From assembly GCF_036321535.1 (NCBI RefSeq), contig NC_087437.1, forward strand, positions 28,770,001 to 28,834,000: a DNA stretch of 64,000 nucleotides, written 5' to 3'. The position numbers were made by a program, and so were the translations under genes. Under the pieces are notes generated by a model. The model had not been told where the DNA came from and searched no databases. It worked only from the letters and a program-made list of their open reading frames with translations. The stretch comes from Camelus dromedarius. Lineage: Eukaryota. Shown piece after piece: positions 11,834 through 24,149 of the stretch (the first letter of the stretch is position 1; each line of letters starts with the position of its first letter).

Positions 11834-14800
11834 CACTCACTATGAAGGAAAAGATCACAGCTTGGAGTACATTTAAATAATGAACTTGTGTTTCTCAACA
11901 GATACCAGTACGAGAGTAAAAAGAATACATCTTGAAGCTGTATCCTTTTGTGCGCTTCCCTACATGAATGTTTTACTTTACACACTTGCACACACAAAGA
12001 CTACAAACTTAGGAAGTGTGGCTAAGGATCCCCAGGGGGCTGGGCAGTGAAGAGACACGTTGCAGAGAGAGCACAGGACCGCTAATGCTGCTTAAAGTGG
12101 AAAGGGGAACTGCATGTTGGAGGTCCCCGAAGGAGGATATGATTGCAGGGCAGAGGATGAAGTGAGGGGCCCCAAAATTGGGCCCCGTCTCTGCAGTGTC
12201 TGGCCACTGTCCTGAAAGACACATTACTGTCTAGCTGGTGTGTGACAGGTCATCATGAAATAGCTCAATCTCTTTTTTTCTTAGTATTCTCTTCAATATT
12301 TGCTTCTTTCTGTCAAAGCTCATTACAAAAAGCTAAATCATCTTTAAATACAGTTTTATCTTTTTTCTACTGAATTAAATACAGCAAAGTTACATTCTCA
12401 TGAAATCCGATTAAAATACTAGAGGATAATCCCACAAAGCTGATTTTACATGCTGGGTAATTAGTTCATGCTTTTATCATTTTTGGTACATATTAGAGAG
12501 AACAGCTAGTAGTTTAAGCATTAAATTAACAATGAAAACCATCCGTGACTTTCTGGTAAGCCTTGGCTGAGAAGAACTCAATATTTCACACCCATTAGTA
12601 CTGTGTTCGCATGTATTACCAACATGAATAAAAATGTTATACCATATATGGTTATCTTTCTCTCAAATCAAGAATTTCAATTTGTTACTGCTGGAAGTAA
12701 ACTCATCATAGTTTCAATTTTCTTGACTGAGCTTTAAAACAAAAGCCACTCATTATTGTAAATATTTAGCTGGTGATTATTAAACAGATCAGCCCAGCGT
12801 GACTATTCCAGCTGGAGGAGGAGAACAGATTTCTTGTTGCTCATGTTACTGTACAAATCATCCTTTAAATAAGGCTGAGAATGATGGGACTGATTGTTTC
12901 TGCTCCTGGGATTCATTATAATCTCACAACACACTCTCCAGCTGAAGTCCACGTAATATCAGACAGAGCTCAAAGGAAGTGTGGAGTGAAGCTTTCAGAT
13001 CACTTTCATCACTGGAAGCTTCACCTTTAGGACTGGATATGTGAAGTGGTCCATCTCTAGTATAAATCTAAATCATTTGCCAAGAATAGGGCTCCCAAAG
13101 CAGAAGAAATAACTTTTCCTTGCCTTGATTCCTAATCACAATCTATATTTCACTGCGTTTAAAAATAATATTCAAGCACAACTATGCATGCTGTTCTCAA
13201 AATACCTTCATCTCTGCAATGTAATTTTTAATGTGCATTCCTATATGTTTCCTTAAAAAAGTTACCAGAGGTCTAATTAATATTAAAGACATTTTATCTA
13301 TCTGCCTATCATATGCACCTCAGAGACTATTTCAAATATAAAGGGCCACAAAACAATGAGGTTAGGGGGTACAATTCATTATTAGCATTATCTCACTTTT
13401 CATATGAATTTCTAATTCTTTAATATATACATTTTTATGGATTTTAAATCATTTACACTGTTTTCTTTAGTTCTTAAAATTAACTGAACATAGTAGTTAG
13501 TGCATTTGTTAAATTTTTTCCTCCAGTGTTGATGTTTAATAGTTGAACTGTCTTTGTTCCATTCTCCTTTCCAATGACTTTCCTCATTATCTAAACTTGG
13601 GAAATGAAATTCTAATTTAGACCATGCCCCTCGAGGAGTAATCACTCTCTCCTCCAATATGCCACATGACCACCCCAAGCAGTATGAGTTAAATCTTCCA
13701 AACATTTGATAATACTGTAAACACGTTTCCAGTTGATTGTTATTGTACTTTGTTCATTAAAAATGTATGAAAAAAGATATAATTACCGCACAGAGTTAGC
13801 CTCTCACCAAAGGGGTAGGAGAACCTTGATCTCCATCTCCACAGCCACTGTACAAACCGCTACTCATCTGGTTGTGTTGTCCTGACCTATGAAAAAAGAG
13901 AATGTATCTATGGCTGAGCACAACTCATCACTCCAGCACAGAAATAACTCAAGGAAGACTGAAGTAAAAACTCAAAAGTGTATGACGCACCTCAGGGTTC
14001 AGAACATCCTACACCTGTTACGTCTTCAATGCATTGCACGTGACCATGTTCTTACATGGGGAGCATCCCATGGAGACAAGACAGGGCTATGAATAGTCAT
14101 CTTGGCAGTCAGAAGAGTGGAATAAGAAAACAGGATGGGGTATGCTGATAGGGCTAAAGGACTGACAGTTCCATATCATTCTCCAGAGAATTTCACTGAG
14201 GTGACTGAGTCAGTTCCAGGGCCTGGGAGGGTGGTTCAATGTCTCAAAGCCTGCCCTGGCTGACACGAACACAAACTCCAGGCCTCCTCTGACTCACAGG
14301 GGAGCTTAGTCTGTGTTAAGACAGAGGAGGCCCAAGAGCAGCAAAGAGCCACCACGCTGCAGCTTTCCAGGTTTCCTCCGTAGCACGTTTGTGACTCCAC
14401 CTGTGAAGCATGGAAATGAAACAGGAGCAAAGGAGCAACTTTGCAAACCCCTGCCCTTTGGTACTTTAATACTTGGCTTTTCCAACTGTTTCTCCAGACA
14501 GACTGTGAGCTCTTTGATGGTAAGAGTTGTAAAGTCTTCGCATAGGGTCAGTTATATGCACAAAGCATTTAGCAGTTGTTATGAGTTCATAATTAGTGAA
14601 TAAAAATTTAAAGAAAACTGAGCATAATATTAAAATAAATATAATATTAATATTAATGGATCAAGGAAGAAGGCAGTTTGTATTCAAGAGGTAATGAATC
14701 CACAAACACATAAAAAGAGAGTAGTCATTTTCCTATTTTTAATATCTTCTATATTTTATATTCCTTACAATAATTTATACTTTTCTATACTTAATTGTTG

Positions 14801-14879
14801 TTCTGATAATACTTAATAATAATTATTCTATATTTAATAATTTACCAAACATGAAAACAGAAAATAAATTAATACAACA

Positions 14880-15030
14880 TATAGTATTTGGATTATCTGC
14901 AAAAATTTTTAGCAATAATACCCATTATTGGTGAGGATGCAATGAAAGACATATCCTGTGTATTATCAGTAACATTTCAAGTGGTAGAGCCCTTTGGAGG
15001 AGCAATATGATGATAGGAATTAAGAACAAT
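14880..15030 (+). mobile_element. Old L1M fragment
   Basis: 'attggtgaggatgcaatgaaa...ccctttggaggagcaatatg' resembles degenerate L1 ORF2 3' region. Confidence 0.45.
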
Positions 15031-15039
15031 TCAAACCAG

Positions 15040-15235
15040 CACTTTGAAATTGGACAGATGTCAATTCACATCTCAGCTCAACCACTAATCAGCCACTAAT
15101 GAGCAACCTTGAGCAAGTGTCTTACCCTCTGGGGGGCACCTAGAAAACAGCTCACAGCCTCATCATGACAGCCAGATGTAATAATACGTCTATAAATCAC
15201 CAACCACCACAATAACAGTGCTCAATAAATGCCAG
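15040..15235 (+). mobile_element. MIR SINE
   Basis: 'tctcagctcaaccactaat...caaccttgagcaagtgtcttaccctct...agtgctcaataaatg'. Confidence 0.6.
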
Positions 15236-18200
15236 TGCCTTTCCCTCATCCTCCTTTGTTCTCTCTCCAAATACCATGTGCAAATAATGCTGCTGACCAC
15301 TTTGTCCAGGGTAGCATGAGTATGACTGTTGAAATGCTTGCCCTGAGTTGTTTTTCCCCTAACCAATGGAACATGTGTATTAACTGTTGCCAGTGAAGGC
15401 AACTTGAAACCATGGAAACCAATTCCCATTGCCCTCGAGCTGAGCGATTTCCAAATCGAAGTGGTCACAGTTACCATATGGTCTGTAAACCATGAGGGAG
15501 GCAACGGCTCAGGTCACCTCTGTCACTTTGATGAGTTCTGTTGTGGCCACAAGCTCCCATCCCTTGAAGAGTTTAAGGTTTCTGCCCTGACAGCTTGTGT
15601 CAGCTCATACTGAAAGGTACATATTGAAAGCCCTTTTTTTTTTGAGACGGCTGAGTGGAGGGATTAATCTACTGCCATTCATTAGTCATTGGCCTATGTC
15701 AATCCACCAAGTGAGTCTTGATTCTCCATAGCTTCCATCAGTCTTTGTTGCTCGTAGAAGAAAAGGAAGGAGAAGAGCATAAATGGGGAGGGTAGAGGGA
15801 GAAGAGGAGGAGAAGAGAAAGAAGAACAATAATTAAAACTGTAGATACTGGTCATCAGGTTAATCCCATATCTAAACATTGAACCTAAGGCAATAATAAA
15901 ACTTGGAGAGAAAATCTTTAAAATATATTAACTGTTACACTCTCTAAAACAAACAGGAAAACTGTAAGCAACTTAGATGTCCATCTGTAGGAGCACCTAA
16001 TGCTCCAAATAATAACATATTAGGCAGCTTTGGAAGCTGAGAAATATGAACTACACAGGGCAACACAGAGTATATATGTGCAATTATGCTAAGTAAGAAA
16101 AACAGAGGTCAAAGCTGTGACCACATTGAAATGGAGATGATGTGAATATAAAGCTTGCTTATCACCAGTCTAGAAGTTTTCATGGAGAGATGAGAACTGT
16201 TTTGTGTTTTAAGCTTCCATGGCTGTGAGAGAAATCTCTCTTCCACCAGAATTACGTTCATTTCACTATACTGGTACTATGAAGTGGACTGAAACAGCAC
16301 ACATAACTTCGATGAAAATGAAGGGAAATTTTCTGGTGCTTTCTTCACCACATTTAAGAGAAGGGTTGCTACAAAATGACATGCATATTAGTTACAGATG
16401 TAGCAGAATGGGCATGGGGTGGATGTTGAGAGCCTGATCTCAAGCCCTAGGCATGCCATCTGTGATCTTGGACATGCCTCCCTGCACCTCAGTTCATCAA
16501 TTGGAAAAATAAGACAGTTTGACAAGGGATAACCATGGGTATTTCAGTGGGCACTTTCTCTTTTGAATTATGTTTGTGCTTAGGTTTCTGCCATCCTCTT
16601 CTGGCAGCATTTTGTAGGAAAGCACAATGACTAGGGGACAATGCCTCTTAAGTAGTCACTCTAAGGATTGTGATCCCTGAATCTTGAGGATGTCACTGAG
16701 CAAAAGCAACATCCTAACAGAAGGAGTGAATATCATTATTAAGAACCTCAAAATAAACTTGAGACACTTGAAAATCTGGAAAATAGGTGCATTTATGTAT
16801 TCATTATAAAATCTAAGCCAGGTTGAAGTGAGTGTGTTCACTTCTTCTCATTCTTTTACTAAGCAAAGATACTGATACCAAAATTAGATTTACTCTAGAG
16901 CTGTCGGATTAGTGCATCTCAGTACCGTTTGACATATACCAAGAACGTGCACTTTCACCACCAAGAACATTAAACTTAATTAAGACATGTATTCACTGCT
17001 TGAGTCAAATTGATGGTCGGTTTCAACACAACAATGTTCTCTAAGCTAACAGCATTACAACCTAAAAGTGTGTCTTATTTTTAGTTATAACTAGCATTTA
17101 TAGTTAAAATTTTCTTCTTTGAAATATATAACTGGTATGATTCAGCCTTTAATTGCCTGAATCAAACATATATATTTGATAATCCATGTGTGTGCATATG
17201 TATGTATATACATATGCTATCCACATATACATATATGTACATGTTTTATATATACCTTAGATAAAATCATTTTTATAAGAATTAAAATGTTAGCAATGAA
17301 TATTTACAGAGCCGCTTTATCAAACTTCCATTTCCTTTGCATTCATCTTAAATGAAGTCAAAATTGATCACTATCTTTAAAAAAATTTGTATGAAATATA
17401 ATCATCCTTTAAAATATGTCTCCTAACTGAAAGGTGAAAGATAAGAAGTCTTTTCATCAATTTTAGGTACAAAATGTGTTCAAGAACAATTCTTGGATTA
17501 GCATGATTACAGTCTTTTGTTGTTAGTCAGAGTTGATTAATCTCCCCTAAAATTCTGTGTTAACCTGAAACCTCTGCAAAATCACAATTCTTAAAAATGA
17601 AACTCTAATGAGCCTATTCAATATCCATCCTGAATAACTCGTCAGGTCATTTTTGACAACACTATATTTAGCTATTACTTTATGGTTTTACGTAAAGTTA
17701 CTTGGAAAAAATTGGTACTTTCTTTTTTAACGGAAAATCGTTTAAGTATCTGTCACAGTTGTCATCCTCAAAAATAACTGTTTTCTGACTTAGTAGTCTA
17801 CTTACAATGATTAAATTCTTAATTGTCTTCAGTGTGGTGGTGTTTTCTATAATTTCTGCGATTAATCAGTTACAATGCATTTATTCTTTCAACAAAGATT
17901 TATTAACATCTACTATCCATCACTACATACTTTAAATCACTCATTTTAAAATGAATCTTTTTCTTATGTAATTTACATAAAAATTATTAATTATTATGTT
18001 ACCATAAAATTAACACTTTAAAAGTATACAGTCAATGGGTTTTGATATATTCACAAAATTAGAGAGCAAATACTACTATCCACTTTCAGAATATTATCAC
18101 CCTGGAAAGAAATCCTGGACTTATTAGCATTTGTTCCTTATTCCCTTATCCCTTGGTTCTTGGTAATCAGTATCTACTTTATGTCTTTATGGATTTTCCT

Positions 18201-19245
18201 TTTCCAGACATTTCATACAAATCTAATCACGCAATATGTAGCATTTTTGTGTCTGGCTTCTTTTACTCAGCATAATGTTGTCAAGGTTTGTCCATGTTGT
18301 AGCATGCATCAGTAATTCATTCTTTTTTTTTTTTTTTTTTTTGGCTGAATAATATCCCCGGGTTTGGATATACCACATTTTGTTTATCGAGTCATCAGTA
18401 ATGGACATTTGAGTGGTTTTCTTGTTTTGGATATGTGAATAATGCTGCTATGCACATTTACGTTTAAGTTTTTATGCAACAATATGTTTTCAATTCTCTT
18501 GGGTTTATACTTAGGTGGGGAATTGCTGGGCCATGTGGTAATTCCACATTTAACCATTTGAGGAACTGCTTGGCTGTTTTCCAAAGGAGATGCACCATTT
18601 TACTTCCCCATTACCAATGTTAAAGGGGGTCCAATTTCTCTGCATCCTCACTAAAACTTGGTAAGGTCCATCTATTTGATTATAGCCATTCTAGTGAATA
18701 TGAAGTAGTATCTCATATGGTTTTGATTTACACCTCCCTAATGACTAAAAATGGTGGGCATTTTTTAATGTGCTTATTGACTTTTTGTATGTATTCTTTG
18801 GAAAAGGTCTATTCAAATCCTCTGCCCATATTTAATTGTATGTCTTTCTTATTATTGAATTGTGAAAGTTTCTTATATATTTTGGATTCTGTGGATAGTC
18901 TTTTCACTTTCTCGATAGCATTGTTTGAAGCACAAAATTTTAAATTCTGGTGATGTTCTTTTTTTTTTTTTTTTTTTTGTATTTTAAGTGACCTAGCTAA
19001 GAAACCATCGCCAAATACAAGCTTGTAAAAGTTTACTCCTATGTTTTCTTCCAAGGGTTTAATAATTGTAGCTCTTACCATTTAGGTTTTTGGTCCATGT
19101 TGAGTTAATTTTTGTATATGGTGTTAGGAGTAAAACTTCATTGTTTTGCATAAAGATATCTAGTTTTCCCAGCACTATTTGTTGAAGTGACTATGCTTTT
19201 CCCCATTGAATTGTTTGGCACCCTGGTCAAAAATCTGTTGCCCAT

Positions 19246-19291
19246 CACATAACACTGTAAATCAACTATAATTCAACTCAAAAATTTTTCT
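19246..19291 (+). mobile_element. Ultra-short L1 3'-terminal insertion (~46 bp) inside the L1MB
   Basis: 'cacataacactgtaaatcaactataattcaa' matches the L1 3' termini elsewhere in this window; flanked by aaatctgttgcccat (19231-19245) and aaatcagttgcccat (19292-19306). Confidence 0.75.
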
Positions 19292-19989
19292 AAATCAGTT
19301 GCCCATAAAGGTATGGGTTCATTTCTGATCTCAGTTCTATTCCATTGATCTAGGTGTGTTTCCTTATGTTAATACCACAGTCTTGATTACAGTAGCTTTG
19401 TATTAAGTTTTGAAATTAGGAAGAGTGATTCCCACAAATTTGTTGTTCTTTTTCAAGGTTGTTTTGGCTATTCTGAGTCCTTTGTACTTCCATATGAATT
19501 TTAGGAAGAGCTTATCAACTTCTGCAAAAAAATGGCAGATAGGATTTTGACAGAGAGTACACTGAATCAGTAGATCAATTTGTGGATTACTGCCATCTTA
19601 ACAATATCAAGTCTTCTAATCTAAGAACATGAGGTAGCTTTCCATTGATTTAAGGCTTTTAAACTTTCTTTCGATGGTGTTTTGCAGTTTTCAGTGTACA
19701 AATGTGGTATATGTTTTACTAAATATATTCCTGAAGTATTTTAATATTTTTAATATTATTTTAATGGAATTGTTTCCTTAATTTTATTTTTAGGTTGTTC
19801 ACTGCTAACGTATAAATGTATAAAAATACAATTGACTTTTCTATATTGATCCTGTGTCCTGCAACCTTGATGAGCTCATTTATTAGCTTTAATAGCTTGT
19901 TGTTGTTGATGGTGCTTAGCATTTTCTGTACAGGAGATCACATCCTCTGTAGTTAGAGACACTTTCACTTCTTCCTTTCAAATCTGGAT

Positions 19990-20072
19990 ATCCTTCCTTT
20001 CTCCTCTCCTTCCTCCCTCCCTTCCTTCCTTTCTTTTCCTTTCCTTCCTTCCTTTCTTTTTCTTTTTCTTTC
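19990..20072. repeat. Pyrimidine-rich (CCTT/CTTT)n low-complexity tract
   Basis: Direct inspection. Confidence 0.85.
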
Positions 20073-20514
20073 TTGTCTAATTGTCTTAGCTAGAGCCTCC
20101 AGTACAATGCTGAATAAAAATGGTAAGAGTGGATATCCTGTCCTGTCCCTAATCTTAAGAGGGAAAGCTTTCCCATCTTTCACCATTAAGTGTGATGTTT
20201 TTCCTAGGTGCTGTTAAGGAAGTTCCCTTTTATTTCTAGTTTGAGTGTTTTTATCACAAAGTGGTGTGCACAAGTTAATGAGTTGTCAGCATAAGTGTTC
20301 TAATACAAAAGAATTCTGTGTTACAATTATATGATATTAATAGAATATATACTTATGTTATTCTACTACTTATACCAAAGGTTCCCAGGGTCTTCTAGGA
20401 TAAACAGCATACTGTTTAATATAAGGTTCTTTCCACTCTAACTCAAGCTTGTCCATTTCACTTGTCACATCTTACCTCATGATCCACAGTCCAGTCATCA
20501 AGAAATCCTTACTG

Positions 20515-20775
20515 AATAATCTTATAGTTACTGGGGAAAGGGGGTGGGAAGGGGTAAATTTGGGAGTTTAAGATGTGCAAATGTTAACCCCTATATAAAA
20601 AAATAGAAAAAAAATAAACTGTATAGCACAGGAAACTGTACTCAATGTCTTATAATAACCTTTAATGAAAAAGAATATGAAAATGAATATATATATATTC
20701 ACATAACTGGAACATTATGCTGTACACCAGAAATTGACACATTGTAGCTGATTATAGTTCAATAAAAAAAAAGAA
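20515..20775 (+). mobile_element. Young 5'-truncated L1 (3'UTR only) with A-tail
   Basis: G-rich 3'UTR 'ggggaaagggggtgggaagggg', 'gtatagcacagg', 'tgctgtacaccagaaattgacacattgta', exact 15-bp TSD aagaaatccttactg at 20500-20514 and 20776-20790. Confidence 0.92.
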
Positions 20776-20789
20776 AAGAAATCCTTACT

Positions 20790-21120
20790 GTTCCACAAAA
20801 GCATCCTACTTTCTCAATCATCTCTCTACTTCTGCACAGACTGTAACTTTGCCTAAAACACAAATTTCTTCCCTTTCCTATGAAACTTCTCCTTGTCCTT
20901 CAAGATCCAGCATCTATTTCCATTTTTGTCATTGTGTTCATTGTGGGGCTTTCCAGAGCATGCTTACTCTATCTGCTTGTCTGTGTACATAACCTCAACT
21001 ATACTCAAATAGACGTCCCAATTGTCTAATTCCCACTAGACTAGGGATTTTCTGATGTGACACTTCTTTTTATTCCCACGAACTGGCAAGCTAGATGGTC
21101 CACAGTAGGTTTTTAATTAA
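20790..21120 (+). mobile_element. L2 fragment (host of the preceding L1)
   Basis: 'ccttgtccttcaagatccagc', 'ttcccactagactagg', 'cacagtaggtttttaattaa'. Confidence 0.5.
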
Positions 21121-21974
21121 TTAAATAATTCTTCTAATATCATAAGAACTAGCCTCTGCACACTGTGCAAACTGTAGCTTACTTATGGGAAAGGCTTTTA
21201 AAAAAAAACAAAACATCAATTGGCCCACAGCAGGGCAATTCAAACTTTTGGCATTTATGGTTAACTTAATGGACTTTTGACATACATCCAAACCACAACG
21301 TTTGGATGCATTTTCAAACATATATCACCATTTCAATTATTAATGCACAGTATTTTAAAAATTAACATCGGTGATAACACAAATTATAAAACACCACCAA
21401 TGAGAGGGAAGAGATCATGTGTAATCTTGCTGTAAGATGGCCAAAAATCTTGACAGTAGGAAGCCCGAACCAAGAACCAAGTTCCACATCACTGTTAGTA
21501 TCTTATTTTTATTTTAAACTAGAAACCTGAGTCACGGTCACAATGGTGATATATCGGAGAAGGCAACAAGTGTGGGTTGAATCTCTTGACATGGTTCTAG
21601 AGAGTTAAATCATCATAAGAAATTACAGTCTGTTATTTATCACAGGCCACTTTTCAGCACCGTGTTAGAAGCTAGGACACAGATATACTCACTGAAAAAT
21701 GTGTAAGTCAGAAATAGAGGCAAATAGAGCCCTCATCCAATTTCCATGTTGTACTGCAGTAGTAAGTAAGGTTTTAAAATATACTTAATAAGATCATGTC
21801 TTTCTTTCTGTGACAAGTACAGAAGATTGTCATGTGGGGAAAAATATCAGATCCAACATTAATGCTAGAGCCATTTGATATTTTTCAAGAAACCCTAATA
21901 CATACAATAAAGAGTAAGGCTTTCGTTGTATTTCCTCCCTGAAGCGATAGATTCAGGTTACCCAAGATGAGCAA

Positions 21975-22200
21975 AGTATATGATAAAAGCCAAGGTCTGG
22001 GCTCTGGAGTCAGGTTGCCTGTGGTAGAATTCTGGCTCCACCATTTTTTTCCCTCAGGTGACCCTTAGCAATTTATCTAACATCATTTTTAAGTGGGGAT
22101 AATAATAATTTCAACTTCAAAGGTAGATGGTGAGGATTCAATGAGGTGAAAATGTAATAATTCTTAGGGCAGTGCCTCGCATGTAGTATGCGCTCAACAG
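21975..22200 (+). mobile_element. MIR SINE
   Basis: 'gggctctggagtcaggttgcc...gtgacccttagcaatttatctaa...tggggataataata...tgaggattcaatgag...gcagtgcctcgcatgtagtatgcgctcaa'. Confidence 0.8.
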
Positions 22201-24077
22201 CAGGGTGATTAAACAGAAAGAAAACGCAGAAGAAATCCCAGAAAATTTCCTCCCAGTCTCCCATCCCCTGCTTGTGCTTCCCAAAGGCTAAAGCCAGTAA
22301 CAAACCAGCCGAGAATTTTGGGGTCCGTCTTAGAATCCTGCCTCCTGCAAAGCCCGTAACATTTTTGTTCATACTTGTAATTCAGCCGTCTGCTCGTTGC
22401 CTCACTGTTGCTGCATTTCTTCATTTCTCTCAGTTGTGAGTTCCTTGAGAATAGGGATACTATCTTTTTCATAACTGAATCTCAGTAGAGCTTTAATAAA
22501 TATTGTTGATTTGAATAAATACCGGAAGAATGATACAGATTCAAGTGCAGGGGGATGCAGAGGAGGGAAAGGGAAGGCTTTTGGGGGCAGCAATATTTGA
22601 AATGGGTGATGCATTGTGGTTAGTTTCTTTTTCCTTTAAGGTAATTTTCAATGTTTTTCCCTATAGCTATGTATTTGAAGTTTTTTTTTAAAAACAAATA
22701 CTACACAAATAATCTCTCTTTGTAAAAAAAAAAAATTCGAGCAATACATGTATGGTCAAATTAATAAAACCTTCCTTTCACCAGACTCTCCAGATTCCAT
22801 TCTCTTCATCAAAAATAACTAATCTTAACAAATCAAATGTGCATTTCACCTAAACCTTTCCCTTTACATTTAACATGTGTGATATGGGTAAGTATTTAAT
22901 TATACAGCAATGATTCTTATTTTATACGATTTTGTTCATATTTTCTGTTGCAATGTTCTACGTCTTGATTCTTTTACTAGAAAATACATCTCAGAGATCT
23001 TTCCATCATATGAATAGTGCTGCAATGATCATTTGATACATGAATTTTCATGTACACTGAAAACTATTTCTATAAAATACTCTAAACTGAAATTACTGGA
23101 TTTAAAGTTATGCATATTGTAAAAATGACAAAATGGGAAGAATTTAAAAATTTTTGTGCTTAAAATTATCTCTCGAAATATATTCTAGAAACTTAAATCA
23201 ACTTGTAGTGAAAGTATCTAGGTAAATAAAAGTTTTAAGTGACCAAGTGTCTACCTACAGAGAATAACTGGGATGCCAGTTAAATAAAGGTGCAAAGAGA
23301 GATTTATTGTTAGTAAATTGGTATTTTTAAATGTTATCTATTTATCAACTTGCTCTCCTAAAAGGACTTCATGCCCACGTGGGTTTCTAATTTGCCATAT
23401 AACAGCAACTTAAAGGAAAAGATGGTGGAGGATGGAAACAAAATAAACATTAGCAGGTCAAAATCGTTTACAACAAAGATTAATATTTAGCACAAACAAA
23501 TGTGTACATACACAAGCCAAGAACCTGTGTGAAGTGATACGTGTTGAACTGGCTTTTTTAAACTTACTATTTAGTAAAGAACAGAAGGATTTTAACTAAA
23601 ATGTGAATGTCTAGATTGGATTTCCCAGAAGCAGAGCTTGAGATAGGGTTTCAAGTGTCGTGCACGCTGCTTCTAGTGCTCTTGGGTTACCTACCATACA
23701 TGTGATGCACAAAAGTCCCTTGCTTCTGTATTCTCATTTTATCTTTTAATACCATAAAGCTTCTAAGAATAAATAATAATAGCACCCATTCCCATGAGCA
23801 ATGCTATTTTTACAGATCTTTATCAATCAGCTTACCTGTATCAATTTAGAGGCTAGTTTTAATTAGTCCTAAATTTTTTTCTATAATTTAAAGGCAGTTA
23901 AATCATCATAACTTTTCTTTTCCTGGTGGCTAGTTAACAAATGGTGTTATTTCAAGACTTTGAGCATTTTAAGTACAAAGTTGAAACATAAGCCAGGGCT
24001 CAGTTAAAACTTTGATTTTCTGTAAGCAAAATCATTTATTATCTTCACCAATATTTTCTTTCTCACAGTGTGTTTGG

Positions 24078-24149
24078 AGAGTATTTTTCTCAAAGAACAG
24101 AATAGATAGATCTATTCTTTGAGAAGAGTATTTTTCTCAAAGAATAGAA
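24078..24149. repeat. Direct-inverted-direct micro-triplication
   Basis: 25-bp copies at 24078-24102 and 24125-24149 (1 mismatch) with an inverted 15-bp copy at 24111-24125. Confidence 0.85.

Larger units (their letters stand above)
17955..20270 (-). mobile_element. L1MB-like LINE, ~2.3 kb of ORF2 3' part and 3'UTR, degenerate
   Basis: Minus-strand ORF fragments with L1 ORF2 motifs (KAFPLK...TGYPLLPFLFSIVLEALAKTIRQE; IIKPLEENIG; HATTWTNLDNIMLS); L1MB-type 3' end at left. Confidence 0.9.

Noticed and set aside
11618..11997. Cys/Val-repeat ORFs
   Set aside because: Translation of the (AC)n microsatellite and poly-A run.
12986..13024. pre-miRNA
   Set aside because: The 13-bp stem is far shorter than a Drosha substrate and does not extend.
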